Positions 57,348-64,000 of a stretch of DNA of 64,000 nt are shown here, piece after piece. The notes beneath the pieces are model-generated. The model was not told the origin of the DNA. It made no database searches and saw only the letters and a program-made list of their open reading frames with translations. Source of the stretch: an uncultured bacterium (GTDB lineage: Bacteria; Planctomycetota; UBA8108; UBA1146); contig CAJXMG010000002.1 in NCBI GenBank assembly GCA_913056395.1, forward strand, positions 17,353-81,352. Reading direction: 5' to 3'. Within the stretch, counting starts at the first letter, position 1. The number at the start of each line of letters is the position of its first letter. Position numbers and translations under genes: made by a program.

Positions 57348-59291
57348 TCACTCCCACCCAAGAAGCAAAATCAACATGCGCATGGCGGCAGCCATACCCC
57401 ACGCCAGGAGGCTCATCCATGTCAACTGAAGGATCGCCCACTTCCATGCCCCAGACTCCTTGCGAGTAACCGCAAGTGTGGGAAGGCACTGCATCGCCAG
57501 CACGAAAAAGACCAACAATCCAGCAGCCGAAGAGGGTGTCAGAAGAGGAGAACCATCATCCCGTCTGGAGTTTCTGATCTTCTCCATCAATGGTTCCGCT
57601 TCTGCCTCTTCGCCGGTTCCCAAAAGAACACTGGTTGAGGACACAAAAACTTCTCTGGCGGCAAAACTGGCCATGATCGAAATCGACAATTGCCAATCGG
57701 CTCCTATGGGTGCAAACACCGGCTCCACACTCTTGCCGATTCGACCCAGGTAAGACGCGGCGGTACTCTCTCGGGAAGCGAGGGAATCCGCCTCCTCGAC
57801 GAGAGATTCCGCTTCCTCCACAGATTCCACTGCTGCAGCTTTGGCTCGCAAATCGGCGACAGCAGAACTCTCTGTGCTCTTGGGATAGGTTCCCAACCAC
57901 CAGAGAACGATGCACATCAGCAAAATGACGGTTCCCGCATTTTTGAGGAAGAGCCAACCACGCTGGAAGGCGATTTTCAGGGAGTCCATCAATGACGGTC
58001 GCTGAAAGGGAGGCATCTCGAGAACCAGGTCAGGACTGGGCCCGGGCAACAGGAAACGCCGAACTATCCAGGCGCTGAAGACCGCTGCCAATGCTCCCAG
58101 CAGGTAACACCCGGCAAAAGCCAATCCGGCAATGAAGGGTTTTTCAGGAAAGAGCAACCCTACCAGCAGCTGGTATACCGGCAATCTGGCTGCACAAGAG
58201 AGGAATGGAGCAACCAGAATCGCTGCCAGACGATCCTTGCGATCCGGAATCAAACGCGTGCACAGAATTCCTGGAATGGCACAGGCGTGACTCGACAGCA
58301 AGGGAACGAAGGAATGCCCTGGCAGGCCGAATGGTCGCAGCCAACGATCCGCAACCAAAGCTGCACGGGCCAAATACCCAGTTTCCTCCAAAACACTGAT
58401 GAGGAAAAACAACAGCAAAATCTGAGGCAGGAAAATCAGCGTACCTGAGACGCCACCGATGATTCCCTCGACGACGAGACTTCGGACCTCGCCTTCCGGC
58501 ATGCTTGCGGAGACCCAATCCGCGATCAAAGCAAAGGTATTGTCGAGCCATTCCATGGGAATCTGGGCCAACCAGAAAACACATCCAAAAAGCAGGCTCA
58601 TGATGAGGAAAAAGGTCGTCAGCCCCCAGAAGGGATGAAGCAGGAACCGATCGAGGCGATCCTCTTTCTCTCTTCGCTTTTTGGCTTCCTCCGGTCGAAC
58701 GGGGCGTGTCACCGCTGCGACCGTATCGTCGACCCACTTCGAGTCGAGAACCGTATCCTGAGGACTCACGGGCCGCTCTGCCGCTGCCAGAATAAATTCC
58801 TTGAGGGCTACATTTCGGTGTGCATGACGATGAGCCAATTCCATGACCGGGACCTGAAGAATCTCTTCCAATCGCTGGAAGTCGATCTCCACACCCCGGA
58901 GCCGTGCTTCATCGGTTCGGGTCACAATGACCGCATTTGCAGTCCCTCTTTGCAGGCACTCCGCCAACAGGTTCATGTTTCTGCGCAGGCTGACCGCATC
59001 GATCACACTGACGATCAAGTCGGGATTTGGGGAAGCCTCCAAATGTTGTTGGCAATGACGGGATTCGGGAAGGTCCAGTTGCAACCCGTAACACCCGGGG
59101 AGATCGGTGACCTCCACATCGATGTCTCCCCAACGATCCTCACCCACCAGCGATTCCGCAGTGATTCCGGGAAAGTTGGAGACTCTGGCATTCCCCGTCA
59201 CAAGGGCATTGAAGAGGGTGGATTTTCCAACGTTGGGATTTCCGGTGACAGAAATGCGGAGTGTTTTCCCGGATTGTTCTTGGTTCATCAC
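57348..59291 (-). CDS. feoB: Ferrous iron transporter FeoB
   Basis: G-domain GNPNVGKSTLFNAL and a permease domain with many transmembrane helices. Confidence 0.85.
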   Translation of the reverse strand: MMNQEQSGKTLRISVTGNPNVGKSTLFNALVTGNARVSNFPGITAESLVGEDRWGDIDVEVTDLPGCYGLQLDLPESRHCQQHLEASPNPDLIVSVIDAVSLRRNMNLLAECLQRGTANAVIVTRTDEARLRGVEIDFQRLEEILQVPVMELAHRHAHRNVALKEFILAAAERPVSPQDTVLDSKWVDDTVAAVTRPVRPEEAKKRREKEDRLDRFLLHPFWGLTTFFLIMSLLFGCVFWLAQIPMEWLDNTFALIADWVSASMPEGEVRSLVVEGIIGGVSGTLIFLPQILLLFFLISVLEETGYLARAALVADRWLRPFGLPGHSFVPLLSSHACAIPGILCTRLIPDRKDRLAAILVAPFLSCAARLPVYQLLVGLLFPEKPFIAGLAFAGCYLLGALAAVFSAWIVRRFLLPGPSPDLVLEMPPFQRPSLMDSLKIAFQRGWLFLKNAGTVILLMCIVLWWLGTYPKSTESSAVADLRAKAAAVESVEEAESLVEEADSLASRESTAASYLGRIGKSVEPVFAPIGADWQLSISIMASFAAREVFVSSTSVLLGTGEEAEAEPLMEKIRNSRRDDGSPLLTPSSAAGLLVFFVLAMQCLPTLAVTRKESGAWKWAILQLTWMSLLAWGMAAAMRMLILLLGWE

Positions 59292-59334
59292 TTACGCCCC
59301 CTGAAAAAGCACTGCCCAATCAGCCAGAAAAGTC

Positions 59335-60951
59335 TCAGCGCTGATGACGCCCGACAAAACGTGGCTGGCTCTCACCCTCAACCAGAATCACTGCAGAAGC
59401 ATTCGGGCAGTTATCCAGAATCGTTCGTGCTCTCTCTTGTCCGAGAAGAGCGACAGTGGTGCTCAAGGCATCCGCCTCGGTGGCACTGTTCGAAAGAACC
59501 GAAGTGGTCAGGATACGTCCCGGTGAAGGATTGTCGAGAAGTTGCACTAGGTGATCCCCGCGTTCATAGCACGCAGTGGTCGCCAGTGAGGAGCGAATCA
59601 GTGACAGCTCATGGAGGACAGACTTGCCATCCCTGGGGTCATGGATTCCCACAGCCCAGGATTTTTCACCGGGGGGCGGATCGAGTGCCAAAAGTTGGCC
59701 TCCGAAATCGAGAAGAGCACGGGAGCAGCCGTGGGACTCAAGTACGACCGCCGCACGATCGAGGGCATAACCTTTTCCGATTCCACCCAAGTCGAGAATC
59801 AGGCCGGGACTCAACAGGGTGATCGTCCCCTTTTCCCGATCCACCTTGACGCTGCGGAAGCCATCCTTCTTCAGGGTCAGATCAAAGGCTCCCCCACTCT
59901 CTCTGGACATGGCGAGTGCTTTTTCGACGACCTCGACAGTTTCCCGGGCAACCTTGACCGGCTCTCCCACAGGTGCCGCTTCTACCCTCAAGACGTCGCT
60001 CCCCGCTTTCCAGCGGCTGTGCAGCGATTCCAGGCGCTCTACTTCAGAATAGGCGGCTTCCACAGCCTTGAGTGCCTGCTCTCCGTAGACCTCCATCTTG
60101 AGGACGGTCCCCATGGCGGGACGAGCCCTCTCGACGGAAGCCGGTTTGTCTTCCTTACCTGATCGGAGTACAGAAACGTCCTCAGGGCCCGCAGCGGTCA
60201 CCGGTTCCGCGGAGGCGGGTTCACCGTATGCCAGAGAGGAGCCGGAAAGAGCCTGCCAAACCAGATCCAGATTCTGTTTCTGCGAAACTTCAACGGTCGC
60301 GATCGATCGTCGCACTGCACGAACAGCTGCACGGGCAGAAAGAGTGGCACCGGAGAGGTTTCTGATTCCGCGGTGGAGCTTCAGCGACTTGCCCAGTTTT
60401 TTATTCCTGAACTGCCGGGTGAATCGGGGAGATTCAATCTCCTGACCGATGTGCTCCCGGTAAACGAGAACCTGAAGGTCAAGGACGCGCCGATCATTGT
60501 CGAGGGCGACAAAGAAAGTGATGGGACGATACTTCCCGACCTCATCGAGGATCACCACAGATCCCAGTCTGTTACCTTGGGGAGAGGTGACCCGAAACAG
60601 AGTGGTCTGTTGGTCATTGGTTCTCACCCTGCTCATCTCAACGATCTTCTTCTTCACTTCCCCTTCGACCGGAACATGGCATCGCTCTACGTGCACATCT
60701 GCACTCCACAGATCAGCAATCAGATCCCTGCTGAAGAAGCCGGAAGTCTTTTCGGGAAGCGTTGTCTCAGTCGACACACCTGTCTCGGAAGAGACGGATT
60801 CAGATGCACCTGGCTCAAGAGCCAGTGCCTGGGAAGAAACGGTCATGACCCACAGCAAACCCGCAACCAACCCGCAGTAACGGAAGCAGACCCGCGACTC
60901 GCGGATCCCTTCGGAATGCGTGCTGAAATCACTGCAGGAAACAGGGCTCAT
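59335..60951 (-). CDS. Fused FMN-binding domain (flavinylation target) and ApbE FAD:protein FMN-transferase
   Basis: FMN_bind motif NLSGATLSARA (SGATxS), ApbE motifs GGAFDLT and DLGGIGKGYALD. Start moved to the signal-peptide Met MSPVSCSDF... Confidence 0.7.
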   Translation of the reverse strand: MSPVSCSDFSTHSEGIRESRVCFRYCGLVAGLLWVMTVSSQALALEPGASESVSSETGVSTETTLPEKTSGFFSRDLIADLWSADVHVERCHVPVEGEVKKKIVEMSRVRTNDQQTTLFRVTSPQGNRLGSVVILDEVGKYRPITFFVALDNDRRVLDLQVLVYREHIGQEIESPRFTRQFRNKKLGKSLKLHRGIRNLSGATLSARAAVRAVRRSIATVEVSQKQNLDLVWQALSGSSLAYGEPASAEPVTAAGPEDVSVLRSGKEDKPASVERARPAMGTVLKMEVYGEQALKAVEAAYSEVERLESLHSRWKAGSDVLRVEAAPVGEPVKVARETVEVVEKALAMSRESGGAFDLTLKKDGFRSVKVDREKGTITLLSPGLILDLGGIGKGYALDRAAVVLESHGCSRALLDFGGQLLALDPPPGEKSWAVGIHDPRDGKSVLHELSLIRSSLATTACYERGDHLVQLLDNPSPGRILTTSVLSNSATEADALSTTVALLGQERARTILDNCPNASAVILVEGESQPRFVGRHQR

Positions 60952-61033
60952 CGACTTCTTCCTCTGATTGAAAGGGACGGTTTCGGGACCCAATGACGGA
61001 CCCGCCGAAAATAGAACTGATTTGGTACCGTTT

Positions 61034-61049
61034 GGCAACCCAAACAAAT
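61034..61049. promoter_or_regulatory. GTTTGGCAACCCAAAC, third copy of the GTTTGG..CCAAAC palindrome, upstream of the FMN_bind/ApbE-feoB genes
   Basis: Read directly. 6-bp arms with a 4-nt spacer (or 7-2-7 with one mismatch). Confidence 0.4.
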
Positions 61050-61169
61050 GACTTCTTTCACTGCTTTTGATCAGATTTACCCAAATTCAGCCCTCAGACT
61101 CTCATTGCCCATATTTGGCCATTGATTCCCGGCTCTGGCTTCCGAGAGCCAGAGCCGGAGAAAAATGGC

Positions 61170-62324
61170 CTAGAAGTAGGTCGCAGCGGAGAAGATGAAG
61201 GTTCCGTCGGGATCCGCAGATCCCTCGATCGACTCCTGCTCGTAGTCGAACTTGAGAACCGTCTCGTCCGTCGGCCGCATGTTGAAACCATAGGTCATGC
61301 GGTTCGTCACCGGGCCGGTGAGATCCTGCTCTTCCCAACGGATCGTCACCGCACAAGAGGAATCATCCCCCCACAGGTTGGTGACGAAATCCGGGAAGAA
61401 CTTTTTGGAGACTTCGATGGAGGTTGCGCTGATGTCGTCGGGAACTCCGCCGGCAATCGCCGCTGCGTCGCGGTCGATGGAAACATGACCCATCTCAAAG
61501 TTCAGGATCGTCGCACCCACTGCCTCAACCCAGCTGCCCAGATCTGTCGTGATATCGATGACGGTAATATTCAGATCGAGTTCGCCGGCGTCATCCCATG
61601 GGCCAGTCCAATTCGAGAATCCGATTTCGGTTCCAAGTACCGGGCTGTAGGTAAAACGTCCCACAAAGCTGGCGGGGCGATCCCCCATGTTGGTTTTCAG
61701 GCTGGGACGCCCACTCCGAATACCACTGGAAGTGTTGAAGTTGTATCCCCCCACACCGTCTTCACCCTGGAAACCGTTGACCGCATAGAACTCCATTCCC
61801 CAGGTTCCATCATCCGCTCCCCAGACTCCGCCCAGACCGGCACTGGTCAATGTCGAAGGAACAATCGAACGTGCGACAAAGGGGCGATTCGTCAACTGAC
61901 GCATCGGTGAGTCGTGATAGAGATTGGTCGACCCCAGGGGAATCAGAATCGCTCCGCTTCGCAGGGTCCAACCACCAAAATCCACATCGGCGTAGGCATA
62001 TTCAACTTTGGTTTCACCGTCACCTCTGGGGGCGCTGGCACCTCCATATTCGAATTCGATTTCGGCGGAGAAACTTACATTTTCGCTGATGTTCGCATCC
62101 AGCATCGGAACCAGTCGATGCTGTTTGAAATCGAGACGATCACTGTTCATGAACAACTCAAGATCCAGATATCCACCCAGGCGAATATCCCGATCCCCTT
62201 CTGCGGCGGGGCGATTGTCGTAACGGTCGACCTGTGCTTCGAGAACTCCGAAACTGGACAGAGTCAAAGCCAGTACGCAGACCAGAAGTGTGATTCTGGT
62301 GGAGAACGCAGGATTCAGCGGCAT
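61170..62324 (-). CDS. Putative outer-membrane beta-barrel (porin-like) protein
   Basis: Signal peptide MPLNPAFSTRITLLVCVLALTLSS, alternating amphipathic beta-strand pattern, C-terminal aromatic ...AATYF. GAGG ribosome-binding site before the ATG at 62324. Confidence 0.5.
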   Translation of the reverse strand: MPLNPAFSTRITLLVCVLALTLSSFGVLEAQVDRYDNRPAAEGDRDIRLGGYLDLELFMNSDRLDFKQHRLVPMLDANISENVSFSAEIEFEYGGASAPRGDGETKVEYAYADVDFGGWTLRSGAILIPLGSTNLYHDSPMRQLTNRPFVARSIVPSTLTSAGLGGVWGADDGTWGMEFYAVNGFQGEDGVGGYNFNTSSGIRSGRPSLKTNMGDRPASFVGRFTYSPVLGTEIGFSNWTGPWDDAGELDLNITVIDITTDLGSWVEAVGATILNFEMGHVSIDRDAAAIAGGVPDDISATSIEVSKKFFPDFVTNLWGDDSSCAVTIRWEEQDLTGPVTNRMTYGFNMRPTDETVLKFDYEQESIEGSADPDGTFIFSAATYF

Positions 62325-62416
62325 ATTTCGTTTCCTCTCTGAGGAGGCACGTAATCGATCATTCGCACCTCGTCTGAAAATCGTACTCTGCCGATGGTTA
62401 TAAAATGGCCCCCCTG

Positions 62417-62432
62417 TTTGGCAAGCCAAACA
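62417..62432. promoter_or_regulatory. GTTTGGCAAGCCAAAC palindrome (7-bp arms, 2-nt spacer) ~95 nt upstream of the porin gene
   Basis: Read directly. Same architecture as the dtxR-proximal palindrome. Confidence 0.45.
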
Positions 62433-62489
62433 ATTGAAATAGTCGCCAAAATGCCTGTTTTTTGTCAAATTCCCGGAATCCTCCATAGG

Positions 62490-63671
62490 ATGGAATCCAT
62501 GAGGGATATCTGGCAAAAACTGATCTCGGGTCAACTCGATTCTCTGCTCCATAAGGCGCAGGACACCCCCCAGGGTGACGTTGCCGCCATCTCACGGTTG
62601 AGGAAACATGGCTCCCTCGAAGAGGTCTCCGTGGTCCTTGAAGCCCTCGAGGCTCGCCGCCGCTCCCGGGGCCGGCTTCGAGATTCCCAAACATGGCTGA
62701 TGGATCGTGAAGGCATGGAGCAAGCCACCCGAACGACCGTCGCCGAACACAAGGCACAGAGAATGCGATCCGCCATCGGCTCGGAAACGGTCATCGACCT
62801 CTGTTGCGGAATCGGCAGTGACACCGCGGCTCTCGCCCAATCCGGACCTGTAATCTACGTCGACCATGATCCGGTGCGCGTCGAATTGACCCGCTTTAAT
62901 CTGGACCAGTCATCGAAGAAGCCCAGTAACTCACACCCTCTCGTTGCGGACGCAAAGTGCCTGCCCCTCCCCCCCCTGCCATTGCATGTCGATCCCGCGC
63001 GCCGCATCGATGGTCGTCGGGTTCACGACTTTGAAGGAATGGTGCCGGGACCTGAGATACTGAACAGTCTGATCGGCAGACATCATTCCGTCGCATTGAA
63101 GTGTGGCCCAGGAATCTCCGTCGAGGAGTTACCGCCCGGTGAGATTGAGTGGCTTCAGGATGGCAACGACCTCGTCGAAGCCACACTCTGGTGTGGAGAC
63201 CTGGCCCAATCGGCCAGACGCAGTGCAACACTTCTGCGCCAATCCCTGACGATCAGCGGTGAACAGGAACCTCTTCAACAAAGCAGCCTGAAAAATCCCG
63301 CCTTTCTGCACGAACCCTGTTCCGTCATCGAGCGCTCCGGATTGGTGTGCATGGTTCAGGGAGAAATCGCCGCTGGTGAATGGCACCCCGGTCTCGGCTG
63401 GCTCGCCGGTGAAGAAGAGAGAACCAGTCCCTGGTTCCGCAGTTTTGCAGTGGTCGCCCAAATGGGGTGGCACGAAAAGAAAGTCGTCGACTGGTTTCGC
63501 CAACAGGGGTGTGCACCTGCAAGTATCAAAACCAGGGGGGTGCAGGAAAATCCCTCACAGTTGATCAAACGCTTCAAGGGAGATCCGGGGCCGTGGATTC
63601 TCGCACTGCTCAGAAGAGGGCTTCAGATTGAAGCCTGCATCCTCGAAGAGCTGAATCCATTGGCAGGGTAA
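62490..63671 (+). CDS. Class I SAM-dependent methyltransferase
   Basis: Motif I VIDLCCGIGSDT. The start is uncertain (62394, 62451 or 62490), and the later one was chosen because the upstream palindrome probably belongs to the divergent porin promoter. Confidence 0.55.
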   Translation: MESMRDIWQKLISGQLDSLLHKAQDTPQGDVAAISRLRKHGSLEEVSVVLEALEARRRSRGRLRDSQTWLMDREGMEQATRTTVAEHKAQRMRSAIGSETVIDLCCGIGSDTAALAQSGPVIYVDHDPVRVELTRFNLDQSSKKPSNSHPLVADAKCLPLPPLPLHVDPARRIDGRRVHDFEGMVPGPEILNSLIGRHHSVALKCGPGISVEELPPGEIEWLQDGNDLVEATLWCGDLAQSARRSATLLRQSLTISGEQEPLQQSSLKNPAFLHEPCSVIERSGLVCMVQGEIAAGEWHPGLGWLAGEEERTSPWFRSFAVVAQMGWHEKKVVDWFRQQGCAPASIKTRGVQENPSQLIKRFKGDPGPWILALLRRGLQIEACILEELNPLAG

Positions 63672-63674
63672 GTC

Positions 63675-64000
63675 CTAGATACGGAACTCTTCGGGAACCG
63701 AAAAGTTTTCATGGATTTCGTTCTTCCCCGTGAGGGAATCCACCAGCCATTCAGCAGTTTTGGGTCCAATCAGCAGACCCGTTCGGTAATGTCCGGACGC
63801 AATCCACAGAGTGCGTGCTGTGTCGATGGGCCCCATCAGAGGGCCGCCGTGTCTCAGGGATTTGGGGCGAAGGCCTGCCCAATGTCGGACGATCCGGCTT
63901 TCCACTCCGGGACCGAAAAAGGAGGTGGCCGCCTCAATCAGGCGCGCACGCCCGGTGGCGGTTGGCTCCGGCAGAGTCTCTTTTCCTTCACCGGTATCCC
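63675..64000 (-). CDS. FAD-dependent oxidoreductase (glycine/D-amino-acid oxidase, ThiO-like), C-terminal part; the gene continues past the window end
   Basis: RHWAGLRP...IASGHYRTGLLIGP is the DAO C-terminal signature, and the frame stays open to base 64000. Confidence 0.55.
   Translation of the reverse strand, partial: DTGEGKETLPEPTATGRARLIEAATSFFGPGVESRIVRHWAGLRPKSLRHGGPLMGPIDTARTLWIASGHYRTGLLIGPKTAEWLVDSLTGKNEIHENFSVPEEFRI

Noticed and set aside
1-64000. tRNA, rRNA, CRISPR arrays, IS elements or integrases
   Set aside because: No cloverleaf-like intergenic segments, repeat-spacer arrays or transposase/integrase-like ORFs were seen. The intergenic space is small apart from 44217..44774 and 11043..11226.

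Overview
GC-rich (~58-60%) bacterial chromosomal segment. Cohesin/dockerin and FG-GAP surface proteins plus an ole cluster suggest a Planctomycetota/PVC-like organism; that placement is inference. Gene density is high and there are no rRNA, tRNA, CRISPR or obvious mobile elements. Main contents, in order: (1) a complete olefin-biosynthesis operon oleA(partial)-oleB-oleC-oleD translationally coupled to an Sfp-type phosphopantetheinyl transferase (1..4780); (2) three secreted cohesin-like/dockerin surface proteins, a mitochondrial-type aconitase, a PAC2-family protein, a DPPRS-like UbiA prenyltransferase, queG, a CPBP protease, a rhodanese, two SDRs, a DUF885 protein and miaE; (3) a two-gene molybdopterin oxidoreductase with no Tat signal and a fused FeS/NrfD partner; (4) an addB/addA-like helicase-nuclease pair; (5) a striking 12.4-kb operon of eight translationally coupled, signal-peptide-bearing amidohydrolase-fold paralogs (31888..44216, minus strand), only one of which keeps the canonical HxH metal-binding motif; (6) pdxS-pdxT, an atypical beta-ketoacyl synthase, a secreted thioredoxin-like protein and a NapH/CcoG-like polyferredoxin; (7) an iron-homeostasis neighbourhood. 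That neighbourhood holds dtxR-bfr-ABC transporter, feoA and a porin-FMN_bind/ApbE-feoB-tlpA operon. Its TlpA-like gene carries an in-frame TGA exactly at the first Cys of the CxxC motif, followed by a SECIS-like GGUC-loop hairpin, so it is a likely selenoprotein. A 16-bp palindrome GTTTGG(G/C)NN(C/G)CCAAAC recurs three times in the promoters of this neighbourhood. CDS boundaries come from the supplied ORF track with my start-codon adjustments; non-CDS coordinates may be off by 1-2 nt.
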